From assembly GCA_013139985.1 (NCBI GenBank), contig WSZT01000164.1:1-54835 (forward strand): a stretch of DNA of 54,835 bases. Reading direction: 5' to 3'. The notes below the pieces were generated by a model. That model worked only from the letters and a program-made list of their open reading frames with translations. It was not told the DNA's origin and made no database searches. The position numbers and the translations under genes were made by a program. Within the stretch, counting starts at the first letter, position 1, and each line of letters opens with the position of its first letter. Source of the DNA: Candidatus Methanophagales archaeon. Its GTDB lineage: Archaea; Halobacteriota; Syntropharchaeia; Alkanophagales; Methanospirareceae. Below, in pieces: positions 44,268 to 54,207 of the stretch.

Positions 44268-46937
44268 ATGAGGCTAAAACGGATAAAAGGGATAAAATTT
44301 GGGCTACTATCACCAAAAGAGATAAGGAAGATGAGTGCATCGAAGATTATAACTCCGGATACATACGGTGAAGATGGTTTCCCGATAGAGCTGGGTCTGG
44401 TTAACCAGCGGATAGGGGTCATTGATCCTGGGTTAAGATGTAAGACTTGTGGTGGTCGAATGGGTGAATGTCCAGGGCATTTTGGGCATATCGAGCTTGC
44501 AGCTCCTATTATCCACGTCGGATATGCTAAAATGATATACCGGATGCTCGCGGCAACATGCAGGCGCTGTGGCAAGGTTCTGCTGGGAGAAGAAGCTAGG
44601 GCGAAGTTTTTAGACGGTATAGAGCAACAGAAAGAGAAGCAAGCCGATGTGGGCGATGTAGTGAAGTTGGTATTTAAGGAGGCGGCGAAAAATGATGTAT
44701 GCCCCTTTTGTGATGAAATCCAGAAGCGCATAAAATATGACAAACCCACCGGCTATATAGAAATAGACAAAGAGGATAAAGAACGTAGATTGATGCCTAC
44801 CGATGTGAGAGAGCGACTTGAGAAAATACCTGACGAGGATATCCCTCTTTTTGGTATGGATCCCAAAAATGCACGCCCTGAATGGATGATCATCACTGTG
44901 TTGCCAGTCCCACCTGTAACTGCTAGACCGTCAATTACGTTAGAAAGCGGACAGCGCAGCGAAGATGACCTTACCCATAAATTGGTAGATATAATAAGGA
45001 TAAATCAAAGATTCATGGAAAATCGGGATGCGGGCGCACCGCAGTTGATAATAGAGGATCTATGGGAACTTCTTCAGTATCACATAAGTACCTATTTCAA
45101 TAACGAAATCCCTAGTATCCCTCCAGCGAGGCACCGGAGTGGTAGACCCCTTAAGACGATGACACAGCGATTAAAAGGTAAGGAAGGTAGATTTAGAGGC
45201 TCTCTATCGGGGAAAAGGGTAAATTTCTCCGCTCGAACGGTTATATCTCCCGATCCCGAGATTGAAATAGACGAAGTTGGCGTGCCTAAAGACATAGCGA
45301 AGGAATTAACAATTAATGTTAACGTAACAGAAAGAAACCTTGAGGCGATACGAGAGACTTTGAAAAGGGGGAGTGAACATCCTGGTGCAAATTATGTGAG
45401 AAGATCGGATGATAAAAAGGTAAAAGTAACAGAAACAAATCACGAGCTTTTAGCAGAGGAGTTGGGTGTCGGATGGAAGGTAGAACGACATCTCCAGGAT
45501 GGTGACATCGTGTTATTCAACAGACAGCCATCGCTGCACAGATTGAGCATAATGGCGCATTATGTGCGGGTAATGCCCGGTAGGACTTTCAGGTTGAATC
45601 CTACTGTTTGCCCACCCTACAATGCAGATTATGATGGTGACGAGATGAACATGCATGTGCTACAAACAGAGGAAGCGAGAGCGGAGGCAAAGATTCTTAT
45701 GGCTGTGAAGCGAAACATAATGTCACCCAGATTTGGCAGACCTATCATAGGCGGTATCCATGATTACATAACCGGTCTCTTTATACTCACGTGGGGTGAG
45801 AAGCGGTTTGAGAAGGAAAAAGCGCAGGATATGTTGCATAGAATAAATATTCATGACTTGGGTGAGCCTGCGGGAACTTTTGAGTCCTCTTCCAGCATTC
45901 AAGTCCCTTATTGGACCGGGAAACAATTATTTGGTAGGATACTACCAAAGCAAATGGATCTACAATTCCGGGGCGTGGTATGCGAGAAGTGTATAGAGCG
46001 AGGCGAGAAATGCAAGAAAGAAAACTGCCCACGAGAGGCATATGTTGTGATAAAGGAAGGGAATTTAGTATGCGGTGTGATAGATGAAATGGCAATTGGA
46101 TCGTTCAAAGGAAAAATAATTGAGCAGATTTTCCGGCTATACGGTGAAGACGAAGCGAAAAAGTTTATAAATGACGCTGCCCGACTTGCTATTAATTGTA
46201 TTAAACAATCAGGTTTCAGCTTTGGTATAAGTGATGAGGACATACCAAAGGAAGGGAAGGTGCAAATAAGAGAAGAGGCAGTGTATGCAGCTGAGCACAA
46301 AGTCGAAGAGTTGATAAGGGCGTATGATGCAGAAGAGCTGGAAGCTTTGCCCGGGCGGAGTTTGGAAGAGACTCTGGAACTATTGATCATGCAGGAACTT
46401 GGCCGTGCGAGAGATGATGCCGGTGATATAGCAGAGCGGTATCTAGGCATAGAAAACGCGGCTGTGCTCATGGCAAAATCGGGTGCAAGGGGCTCTATGC
46501 TCAATCTAACACAAATGGCGGCATGTGTGGGTCAACAATCGGTTAGGGGTGAAAGGATAAATAGAGGCTATCAAGGTAGAACGCTACCCCACTTTAAATC
46601 CGGTGACCGCCGTGCAGAGGCTCATGGCTTTGTTAGGGCTTCTTTTAAAGATGGCTTGACAGCAACCGAATACTTCCTACATGCAGTTGGAGGTAGAGAA
46701 GCATTGGTTGATACAGCAGTCCGGACATCTCAGAGTGGATATTTCCAGAGACGACTTATCAATGCTTTACAAGACCTCGAAGTGAAGAATGACGGGACTG
46801 TTAGAGAAACAAGAGGGACTGTAGTGCAATTTAAATATGGTGATGACGGCGTGGACCCTTCAAAAAGTGAGTGTGGTAAAGTGGTAGACATTGACGAAAT
46901 AATAAGCGATATAGTAGAAGAAGATGTAGGGGCGTAG
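44268..46937 (+). CDS. rpoA1: DNA-directed RNA polymerase subunit A' (Rpo1N)
   Basis: 889-aa ORF. Contains CKTCGGRMGECPGHFGHIELAAPIIH, RQPSLHRLSIMAH and the catalytic NADYDGDEMNMH. Confidence 0.95.
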   Translation: MRLKRIKGIKFGLLSPKEIRKMSASKIITPDTYGEDGFPIELGLVNQRIGVIDPGLRCKTCGGRMGECPGHFGHIELAAPIIHVGYAKMIYRMLAATCRRCGKVLLGEEARAKFLDGIEQQKEKQADVGDVVKLVFKEAAKNDVCPFCDEIQKRIKYDKPTGYIEIDKEDKERRLMPTDVRERLEKIPDEDIPLFGMDPKNARPEWMIITVLPVPPVTARPSITLESGQRSEDDLTHKLVDIIRINQRFMENRDAGAPQLIIEDLWELLQYHISTYFNNEIPSIPPARHRSGRPLKTMTQRLKGKEGRFRGSLSGKRVNFSARTVISPDPEIEIDEVGVPKDIAKELTINVNVTERNLEAIRETLKRGSEHPGANYVRRSDDKKVKVTETNHELLAEELGVGWKVERHLQDGDIVLFNRQPSLHRLSIMAHYVRVMPGRTFRLNPTVCPPYNADYDGDEMNMHVLQTEEARAEAKILMAVKRNIMSPRFGRPIIGGIHDYITGLFILTWGEKRFEKEKAQDMLHRINIHDLGEPAGTFESSSSIQVPYWTGKQLFGRILPKQMDLQFRGVVCEKCIERGEKCKKENCPREAYVVIKEGNLVCGVIDEMAIGSFKGKIIEQIFRLYGEDEAKKFINDAARLAINCIKQSGFSFGISDEDIPKEGKVQIREEAVYAAEHKVEELIRAYDAEELEALPGRSLEETLELLIMQELGRARDDAGDIAERYLGIENAAVLMAKSGARGSMLNLTQMAACVGQQSVRGERINRGYQGRTLPHFKSGDRRAEAHGFVRASFKDGLTATEYFLHAVGGREALVDTAVRTSQSGYFQRRLINALQDLEVKNDGTVRETRGTVVQFKYGDDGVDPSKSECGKVVDIDEIISDIVEEDVGA

Positions 46938-46943
46938 ATAGCA

Positions 46944-48281
46944 ATGGAGCTAAAGACGGCGGCGGAAGAACTGAAGAAATCCGGGGTGGACGAAGAGATA
47001 GTAGAGCTAATAAAAGAAGAGTTTATCTCAGTAGAACTAGCTACTGAGCTCGAAGAGCAGTTGGAGATGCAGGTAGGACAACCTTATGCAGATGATATTA
47101 TATTGATGTTTGGTCGAGAGGTAGAAAGTGAAGAATTAAACCTGGGTCGGATAGGACGCGAAGTGAATAAAATCAAAGTACCTGTCAAGATAAAGAATGA
47201 ATTGCGGCAGAAATTAAGAGTGGTAAAGACAAAGCTGAGTAAAGAGAAACTGGATGCAATTTTGGCTGCGGTTGAGCAGAAATATGAAGAAGCACAGGTG
47301 GAGCCTAGGGAAGCGGTAGGGATAGTGGCTGCACAGTCCATCGGTGAGCCCGGGACGCAGATGACGATGCGTACTTTCCACTATGCTGGTGTGGGTGCCA
47401 TATACATCACTCTCGGTCTGCCACGGATAATAGAAATAGTAGATGCGAGGAAGAAACTTTCTACACCAACGATGAAGGTGAAGCTAGTGAGTGAATTCGC
47501 CTCAGAGCGGAATAAGGCAGAAAAGATAGCGATGGAAATAGAAGAGACATATATACGGGATATAGCTGAGGTAAAAGCTGCTATTGATGATATGTCCGTG
47601 TGGATCGTGTTAAATGCGACGGAATTGGAAAGAAGATATATAATGAGCGAGGAAGTAGAACAGACGATAAATGACATAGGTACGGACCTACTCGTGGATG
47701 TGGTAGGAGACGGTAAGCTGAGAATACATGTGAAGGATAAGTCATATCACGATCTGCTGAGGCTTGAGGCTAAGGTGTCTAACACACTGGTGAAGGGAAT
47801 AGAAGGGATAAAACGGGCTTTGGTGAGGCGTGATCCTAGCGATGAGTATGTACTTTATACAGAGGGTTCCGCCTTGAAAAAGGTGCTTAAGGTTGATGGT
47901 GTTGATTCCAGAAGAACTACAACAAATAACATAAATGAGATATCAGATGTATTAGGCATAGAAGCTGCTCGTAATGCAATAATAGAGGAGATGGCAAGCA
48001 CATTAGATGAACAAGGTTTGGATGTGGATCCGCGTCATATAACCTTAATTGCAGATACAATGACAATGGATGGCGTAGTGAAGCAGATAGGAAGGCATGG
48101 AATAGCGGGGGAGAAAGCATCGGTACTTTCAAGAGCTGCTTTCGAGGTCACCGTGGATAACCTATTGGAGGCGGCTATGCATGGGGAAACGGACGCGTTG
48201 AAAGGTGTCACGGAGAATGTGATTGTGGGCCAACCGATAAAATTAGGAACGGGTGCAATAGAATTAATTGCGAGGAAGTAA
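46944..48281 (+). CDS. rpoA2: DNA-directed RNA polymerase subunit A'' (Rpo1C)
   Basis: 445-aa ORF. Contains [24 protein letters not shown] and a trigger-loop region. Confidence 0.95.
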   Translation: MELKTAAEELKKSGVDEEIVELIKEEFISVELATELEEQLEMQVGQPYADDIILMFGREVESEELNLGRIGREVNKIKVPVKIKNELRQKLRVVKTKLSKEKLDAILAAVEQKYEEAQVEPREAVGIVAAQSIGEPGTQMTMRTFHYAGVGAIYITLGLPRIIEIVDARKKLSTPTMKVKLVSEFASERNKAEKIAMEIEETYIRDIAEVKAAIDDMSVWIVLNATELERRYIMSEEVEQTINDIGTDLLVDVVGDGKLRIHVKDKSYHDLLRLEAKVSNTLVKGIEGIKRALVRRDPSDEYVLYTEGSALKKVLKVDGVDSRRTTTNNINEISDVLGIEAARNAIIEEMASTLDEQGLDVDPRHITLIADTMTMDGVVKQIGRHGIAGEKASVLSRAAFEVTVDNLLEAAMHGETDALKGVTENVIVGQPIKLGTGAIELIARK

Positions 48282-48286
48282 ATAAA

Positions 48287-48670
48287 ATGGCGAAAACAAA
48301 AAAAGGCTCGACTGAGCTCGCAGATGTGAATAGGGAATTACAAAAGGTTGTAAATGGTGGTGAGCTGTTAATAGGGGCGAAGGAGACGGTAAAAGCACTC
48401 AAGAGGAAAGAAGCAAAACTTGTCATTTATGCTTCTAACTGTCCTGAAGAGCTGAGGGATAAATTTAAAGATGCTGATAGTGGAGAGGCAGAAGAAGTTA
48501 TCTATTATAAATATCCTGCTAATAGTCTTGAACTTGGACTTGCGTGTGGGAAACCGTATTCTATTGCTTCTTTGTGTATTACAGATGCAGGCGAGTCAGA
48601 ACTTTTAGGACTCAGGACCTCTAACGTTTTTCATTATGTGAAGACGGAAGAGATAAATGTGGACAGGTGA
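48287..48670 (+). CDS. rpl30e: ribosomal protein eL30 (L30e), with a C-terminal extension
   Basis: Contains LIGAKETVKALKRKEAKLVIYASNCP..NSLELGLACGKPYSIASLCITDAGES. It occupies the conserved position after rpoA2. Confidence 0.85.
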   Translation: MAKTKKGSTELADVNRELQKVVNGGELLIGAKETVKALKRKEAKLVIYASNCPEELRDKFKDADSGEAEEVIYYKYPANSLELGLACGKPYSIASLCITDAGESELLGLRTSNVFHYVKTEEINVDR

Positions 48671-48687
48671 TTTAACTGACCGTAAAA

Positions 48688-49107
48688 TTGGACACTGAGG
48701 GGATAAGGTATATAGGGATATTCGAGAGTATTACAGGCGCGGGAGTCAAAGATTGCGTGGTGAATAGCGAAGCAAATAAGGTAATACTAGTGGTGAAAAA
48801 AGGTGATATGGGTTTAGCTATTGGTAAAGGTGGCTCAAACATAACTAAGGTAAAGGACATGATAAGGAAGGATATAGAGGTTGTGGAACATTCCACAGAT
48901 GCAAAGGAATTCATAGAGAATCTATTTCGCCCTGCGGAAATAAAGAGTGTTGAACTGCTGACAGATGATAACGGCAAAAGCTGTGCATACGTGGCGGTTC
49001 TCACAAAACAGAAGGGAATTGCAATAGGGAAAAATGGCGAGCGAATAAAAAAGGTAAAATTACTGGTGAAAAGAAATCTGAGTATAGATGACGTGGTAAT
49101 AAAATAA
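48688..49107 (+). CDS. nusA: archaeal NusA-like transcription termination/antitermination factor (two KH domains)
   Basis: Contains IRYIGIFESITGAGVKDCV, GLAIGKGGSNITKVK and GIAIGKNGERIKKVK. The start is TTG. Confidence 0.85.
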   Translation: MDTEGIRYIGIFESITGAGVKDCVVNSEANKVILVVKKGDMGLAIGKGGSNITKVKDMIRKDIEVVEHSTDAKEFIENLFRPAEIKSVELLTDDNGKSCAYVAVLTKQKGIAIGKNGERIKKVKLLVKRNLSIDDVVIK

Positions 49108-49163
49108 AATAATATAAATTGAAAGAATCAATAAGAATTAAATTCTTTGTGGAGTAAAAAGAT

Positions 49164-49592
49164 ATGGGAAGAGGGATACATGCAGCGCGGAAGGTGAAGA
49201 AGAGGCGAGAGAAGTTCAGGTGGGCGAGTCCCGACTATGTACGAAGAGCGTTTACATCTTCTAAAAAGAGAGACCCTTTAGAAGGATCGCACATGGCCCG
49301 GGCTATCGTCCTGGAAAAAGTGGGAATAGAAGCGAAACAGCCGAACTCAGGGATACGGAAATGTGTTCGTGTACAGTTAATAAAAAATGGTAAGCAGGTG
49401 ACTTCTTTTTGCCCCGGTGATGGTGCAATAAAGTTTATAGATGAGCATGATGAGGTATTGATAGAGGGGATAGGCGGTAGTAAAGGCAGATCATATGGCG
49501 ACCTCGCTGGTGTAAGGTATAAAGTGATAGCGGTAAATGATATTTCATTACGCGAATTGGTAAAAGGCAGAAAGGAGAAGATTCTGAGGTGA
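49164..49592 (+). CDS. rps12: ribosomal protein uS12
   Basis: Contains [30 protein letters not shown]. Confidence 0.95.
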   Translation: MGRGIHAARKVKKRREKFRWASPDYVRRAFTSSKKRDPLEGSHMARAIVLEKVGIEAKQPNSGIRKCVRVQLIKNGKQVTSFCPGDGAIKFIDEHDEVLIEGIGGSKGRSYGDLAGVRYKVIAVNDISLRELVKGRKEKILR

Positions 49593-49597
49593 TTGTA

Positions 49598-50170
49598 ATG
49601 CAAACAGAGCTGCATTTTGACAAGATATTTGACGAATGGCCTATTTCAGACGTGGCGGTAGTGGACATAGGCATAGAGAAGCATATCAATCTCCAGCCCG
49701 TGTCTGCCTTGCATACTGGCGGTAGACATGCGAAACAGTCTTACGAGTCGAAGGTCTGCGTGGTAGAACTACTTATTAACAAATTAATGCGAAGTGAAAA
49801 GAACACGGGGCAGAAACAAAAAACGTACAAAATTGTTAAAAATGCCTTTGAGTTGGTATACCAGGATACGGAAAAGAATCCCACTCAGGTGTTCGTGGAT
49901 GCGATCCAGAATGCGGGCCCGATGGAGGAAACAATCAGACTGAGATTTGGAGGGATATTAGTGCCAAAAGCGGTAGACGTGTCATCGCAAAGGCGAGTAG
50001 AGCATGCGCTGCGGTTCATCGTGCAAGGCGCGCAGAAATGCGCATTCAAGAGTAAGAGGAGTATGGCGCGGTGTCTTGCAGATGAGCTAATAGCTGCTTC
50101 GCGTAATGCTAAGTGCCACTCGATAGGTAAGAAGGAGGAGAAAGAGCGGGTAGCAAGAGCGGCGAGGTAA
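49598..50170 (+). CDS. rps7: ribosomal protein uS7
   Basis: Contains GGILVPKAVDVSSQRRVEHALRFIVQGA and KKEEKERVARAAR. The start is ATG at 49598, or GTG at 49589 overlapping the uS12 stop. Confidence 0.9.
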   Translation: MQTELHFDKIFDEWPISDVAVVDIGIEKHINLQPVSALHTGGRHAKQSYESKVCVVELLINKLMRSEKNTGQKQKTYKIVKNAFELVYQDTEKNPTQVFVDAIQNAGPMEETIRLRFGGILVPKAVDVSSQRRVEHALRFIVQGAQKCAFKSKRSMARCLADELIAASRNAKCHSIGKKEEKERVARAAR

Positions 50171-50360
50171 AAGACGTAGCTTTTGTAATCGCAAGATTAC
50201 TATGAAGTAATTTTTGGTTGAATATGTCGTATCCTTTTTATATAAGAAAGGAATATAGATATTTGAGTGATGGGGCAATGAAGCGACTTTTCTATTATAG
50301 GAAGCGATTTTTTGCGGCATCACGAAATAGGAAATAAAAAAAACGGAGGATTTGTAAGTT

Positions 50361-50573
50361 ATGAGTGGAGAAAGAAGGGATATAAATGCCCCCTTAAACG
50401 TAGGAGATAGCTACGACGTATCGATAGAGGATGTAGGTAGAGAAGGGGATGGAATAGCGCGTGTAGAAGGTTTTGTGGTCTTTGTGCCAAACACGAAGAA
50501 AGGCGATAATGTAAAAATAAGGATATCGAAAGTATCGAGGAGAGTTGGATTTGGAGAAGTAGTTACGGAGTGA
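50361..50573 (+). CDS. small TRAM-domain protein
   Basis: 70-aa ORF. VGDSYDVSIEDVGREGDGIARVEGFVVFVPNTKKGDNVKIRISKV is a stand-alone archaeal TRAM pattern. Confidence 0.8.
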   Translation: MSGERRDINAPLNVGDSYDVSIEDVGREGDGIARVEGFVVFVPNTKKGDNVKIRISKVSRRVGFGEVVTE

Positions 50574-50611
50574 AAGTCCCTTATGCTTCTAGGATGTACT
50601 AGATCTCAAAG

Positions 50612-50660
50612 CTATGGATTTCCATAGTTTTCTCTCTTTTATTTTTTATTTACTTTTTTC
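50612..50660. terminator. hairpin plus T-rich tract between the convergent TRAM and dinB genes
   Basis: CTATGGA-TT-TCCATAG is followed by TTTTCTCTCTTTTATTTTTTATTTACTTTTTT. Confidence 0.4.
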
Positions 50661-50662
50661 AA

Positions 50663-51754
50663 CTATACAAACCGCATTTGCTTATCATCAACAGCACCCA
50701 AATTTGAGATTTGAACGCCGATCAATCTCATTTTATTCTGTTTTGCATTCTTCAATTCCGTCATCAGTTCATTTGCTGTTCTCTTGAGTGTGCTCAAATC
50801 ACAATGGTATGTTTTTAGCGTCTTAGCACGCGTAGCTATAGCGAAATTTTCAAACTTAACCTTTATCGAAACCGTTTTGAAAACAAATCCGGCGTCCGTC
50901 ATCGCATTATAGACCTCTTCCGCCAACGCATCCACACACTTAGTTAATACAGAAGCGTCTCTCGTGTCATTAATGAACGTTCGCTCTCGACTCAACGACT
51001 TTCTCACCCTTTTTTCTTCCACTTCGCTTTTGTCTATCCCGTTTGCAACCAGATGTAGTCTTTTGCCTGACTGACCAATAGCAGCCACGAGTTTTTGCAC
51101 GTCACCGCTTGCAAGCTGACCTATTTGGTCGATACCCATCATGCGCAATATTTTATCGGTCTTTGGACCCACGCCTGGGATATTTTTCACATCTAATGGT
51201 GCTAAGAAAGCTTTTGCCTCTTCTACCACCGTTAGACCATCCGGCTTCACGAAATCCGATGCTATCTTCGCTATTGTTTTATTTGGGCCGATGCCAATAG
51301 AACATGTCAATCCTTCTTCCACCTGTATCGCTTTCTTTATCCGCTTCGCATGTTCTCGCGCATCGTTCCAATCCTCTACTTTTGTACTGACATCAAGAAA
51401 CGCCTCGTCTATGCTTACTTGTTCCATTTTATCGGCGTATTTCCTCAGAATGTTCATTATTTCGCCGGACACCTGTTTGTACAGCGGCATATTTACTGGT
51501 AGAAACTTAGCATCAGGGCAAAGCTTATATGCCTTTGAAAGTGCCATTGCAGAATGAACGCCATACTTCCGTGCCTCATAAGAGCATGTGCTCACAACGC
51601 CTCTTATCTTACTCTCTTCTTTTTCCCATTCAGGCGTAATTTTCCCGCCTACTATCACGGGTAACCCTTTCAGTTTCGGCTTCTCTCGCTCTTCAACAGA
51701 CGAAAAGAAACTGTCCATGTCTACATGAAGTATTACTCTCACCCTGTTTATCAC
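50663..51754 (-). CDS. dinB: Y-family DNA polymerase IV (Dpo4/Dbh-like)
   Basis: Contains VILHVDMDSFFSSVEE, SIDEAFLDV, SIGIGPNKTIAKIASD and IPGVGPKT. Confidence 0.9.
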   Translation of the reverse strand: MINRVRVILHVDMDSFFSSVEEREKPKLKGLPVIVGGKITPEWEKEESKIRGVVSTCSYEARKYGVHSAMALSKAYKLCPDAKFLPVNMPLYKQVSGEIMNILRKYADKMEQVSIDEAFLDVSTKVEDWNDAREHAKRIKKAIQVEEGLTCSIGIGPNKTIAKIASDFVKPDGLTVVEEAKAFLAPLDVKNIPGVGPKTDKILRMMGIDQIGQLASGDVQKLVAAIGQSGKRLHLVANGIDKSEVEEKRVRKSLSRERTFINDTRDASVLTKCVDALAEEVYNAMTDAGFVFKTVSIKVKFENFAIATRAKTLKTYHCDLSTLKRTANELMTELKNAKQNKMRLIGVQISNLGAVDDKQMRFV

Positions 51755-51767
51755 CTCGGTTATTACC

Positions 51768-52415
51768 TTATCTAAAACGCGTTACGCCAATTTGTTCGCA
51801 GTACTTAGTAATAGGGCAGATGCTACACTTTGGACTTATCGGCGTGCATATCGTTTGACCATGCAAGACAAGAAGCTCATTAAGTACCTTCCAATGCTGC
51901 TTTGCGAGTGCTTTTTGTAATGCGAATTCCGTTTGATATGGATCTTTAGTCGCTACGAGTCCCAGACGGTTGGATATACGGTGTACGTGAGTATCAACTG
52001 CGATTCCGGGCTTATTATACGCCATCGTGATAACGATATTCGCAGTTTTTCTGCCAACACCCTTAAGTTTCAAGAGCTCTTCCAGCTCAGCGGGAACCTT
52101 TGAATCATAGCTTGCCACAAGAGTATGACTAATACCAAGGATTTGTTCTGCCTTTCGTCTGTAAAACCCAACGGGGTAAATCGCTCGTTCTATATCTTCT
52201 TTTTTGTGCTGTAACATATCAGCAGGTGTTTTTGCCAATGCAAACAGCCGCTTTGACGCCCCGGCAGTCACTTCATCCTTGGTTCTTAGGCTCAAAAGGC
52301 ATGAAATAAGGGTCAAATACGGGTCTCTTGTATTTGAAATAGCTCTCAACGCCGATATTTGGTCTTGATACTGTTCCTTGAGTATCTGCAAGACCTTCTC
52401 AATATCCATCTGCAA
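51768..52415 (-). CDS. nth: endonuclease III (HhH-GPD DNA glycosylase/AP lyase with a [4Fe-4S] cluster)
   Basis: Contains LKGVGRKTANIV, VDTHVHRISNRLG and the C-terminal CTPISPKCSICPITKYC. Confidence 0.9.
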   Translation of the reverse strand: MQMDIEKVLQILKEQYQDQISALRAISNTRDPYLTLISCLLSLRTKDEVTAGASKRLFALAKTPADMLQHKKEDIERAIYPVGFYRRKAEQILGISHTLVASYDSKVPAELEELLKLKGVGRKTANIVITMAYNKPGIAVDTHVHRISNRLGLVATKDPYQTEFALQKALAKQHWKVLNELLVLHGQTICTPISPKCSICPITKYCEQIGVTRFR

Positions 52416-53247
52416 GTTCTCTCACCTTCCGGATATTTCCTATATCATCTCTTCGATCATCAACGGGTGTTTCGAGGATCATCGGCAGATCCTTAATGTG
52501 CTCCTCGTTAATAATAACACGAAAACCATCTTCTCCAATATATCCAAGTCCAATATGCTCATGTCGGTCCAATCGCGAGTTCAGACCTGCCTTGGCATCA
52601 TTTAAATGAATGAGTTTTAGATGTTCAAGGCCTATGACCTCATCGAAATGCAGCAATGTCGCGTTCAAGCTTTTTTCCGTACGTAATTCGTAACCGGCAA
52701 CGAAGGCGTGGCAGGTGTCAAAGCAGATTCCTAGCCGTTCTTTATGTTCTATATGTGCCATGATATGTCGTATATCCTCAAAGGTTCCGCCCATACTATT
52801 CTTTGTCCCTGCGGTATTCTCCAGAAGTAGCATCACTGTATTATCTACTTCGCGGAGTGCCTCGTTAACAGCATCTCCGATCCTCCGGAAGCCCTCGGCT
52901 TTTCCATATCCGCGATGACTACCCAGGTGAGTGACGAGGTAAGGGATATGTAAAGCGTCACACCGTCTCAATTCCACGATGAGCGCGGAAACAGACTTTT
53001 TATACACTTCATCGACCGGTGCGGCGAGATTTGGTAGGTAAGGCATATGGTCCACAGGAGGGTATATACCGGAATGGGCACCCTTCTCAATGAATCGCGT
53101 TATCTCTATCTCTGTAAGTTCTCGAACCTTCCACCCCCGGGGGTTGCTCGAGAAGATCTGAAACGTATCACAATTCTTCTCTACTGCTCGGTCTACAGCC
53201 TTATCTATTGACCCTGCAATTGAGACATGAACGCCAACTTGAACCAT
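52399..53247 (-). CDS. nfo: endonuclease IV (AP endonuclease, TIM barrel)
   Basis: Contains GVHVSIAG, FQIFSSNPRGW, VTHLGSH, LENTAG, CFDTCHAF and HLNDAK..DRHEHIG. It overlaps the nth start by 17 nt. Confidence 0.9.
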   Translation of the reverse strand: MVQVGVHVSIAGSIDKAVDRAVEKNCDTFQIFSSNPRGWKVRELTEIEITRFIEKGAHSGIYPPVDHMPYLPNLAAPVDEVYKKSVSALIVELRRCDALHIPYLVTHLGSHRGYGKAEGFRRIGDAVNEALREVDNTVMLLLENTAGTKNSMGGTFEDIRHIMAHIEHKERLGICFDTCHAFVAGYELRTEKSLNATLLHFDEVIGLEHLKLIHLNDAKAGLNSRLDRHEHIGLGYIGEDGFRVIINEEHIKDLPMILETPVDDRRDDIGNIRKVRELADGY

Positions 53248-53357
53248 TTTTCATTACTACTTTTGTATCTATTTATTCCTCTTTTTAAAATTTAATTTAT
53301 TGATGATTTCTTTTTAAAAAACATTTACCAAAGAAACAGTATGCTTTATGTACAACA

Positions 53358-54158
53358 ATGAAAAGTGATAAAGCGAAAATCATTGCAGTAGCGGGCAAAG
53401 GAGGCACGGGTAAAACGGTAATTGCATCGCTAATACTGAAATTCCTGGCGGAATATGGGGCGGAGAGAGCGCTTGCGATTGATGCTGACCCTGCTAGTTG
53501 CCTTCCCAGCACGTTAGGCGTGAAAGTAAATAAGACGATAGGGGACATAAGGGAAGAGATAGCATCGCCATCACAGGTCTTTTTCTCCGAAGACATGCCC
53601 ACAGATATGCTGATAGAATATAAGATAGACGAGATAACAGTGAACACACCGCAATTCTCGGTATTAGCCATGGGACGTTCTGAAGGCATTGGCTGTTATT
53701 GCCTGATAAATGACATGCTAAGGCATTTTATTGATACGCTGTCTGGTCGCTTCACTACGATAGTAATAGATTGCGAAGCCGGGTTGGAGCATCTAAGCCG
53801 TAGAACAACAAGAGATGTAGATACAATGCTTGTGGTTAGCGATCCCACAAAAAGGGGTATTGATACCGCGTTAGCCATAAAGAATCTTGCCGAGAAGTTG
53901 CATATTCACTTCCAGCATATCTATCTCGTTTTGAATAAGGTTACCGAGGACGAGGTGGTGAAGACGGCATTGCTCGATATGGTTAAGGATAGTGGGCTTA
54001 CGCTTATAGGTACAGTGCCCGAAGATGAGAACATAAGGGCATATGATTTAATAGGGACGCCAATAATAGAGCTGCCAGATGATTCTAAAGCGGTTGTTGC
54101 AGTGAAGGCGATATTTGAGAAGATTATAGGCAAAAACCACGAGAGTTCCCCATATTAA
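53358..54158 (+). CDS. cooC: CooC-type Ni-insertion accessory ATPase (ParA/MinD-fold)
   Basis: Contains IAVAGKGGTGKT, AIDADPASCLP, the GIGCYC (CxC) motif and IDCEAGLEHLSRR. Confidence 0.8.
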   Translation: MKSDKAKIIAVAGKGGTGKTVIASLILKFLAEYGAERALAIDADPASCLPSTLGVKVNKTIGDIREEIASPSQVFFSEDMPTDMLIEYKIDEITVNTPQFSVLAMGRSEGIGCYCLINDMLRHFIDTLSGRFTTIVIDCEAGLEHLSRRTTRDVDTMLVVSDPTKRGIDTALAIKNLAEKLHIHFQHIYLVLNKVTEDEVVKTALLDMVKDSGLTLIGTVPEDENIRAYDLIGTPIIELPDDSKAVVAVKAIFEKIIGKNHESSPY

Positions 54159-54166
54159 CACGAGAA
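54133..54166. repeat. solo terminus of the family-1 repeat, overlapping the last codons of cooC
   Basis: AAACCACGAGAGTTCCCCATATTAACACGAGAA compares with AAACCACGAGATTTCACAAGATTAACACAAGAA (copy B terminus). Most positions are identical. Confidence 0.45.
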
Positions 54167-54207
54167 AAAATGGTTTTACTCTGTTGAAGTAAAATAAGTA
54201 GTAGAAG

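Noticed and set aside
41152-46504. Multiple minus-strand ORFs of 60-198 aa (for example 41152-41709, 44249-44749, 45908-46504)
   Set aside because: They are antisense to rpoB and rpoA1. Their Ser-rich, low-complexity translations give no independent support.
50171-50360. Absence of EF-2, EF-1alpha and S10 after uS7, and a small GTAATC-GCAA-GATTAC hairpin after the uS7 stop
   Set aside because: Breakage of the extended rpo/str cluster after S7 occurs in various archaea and is not informative on its own. The 6-bp hairpin is too short to interpret beyond a possible terminator.
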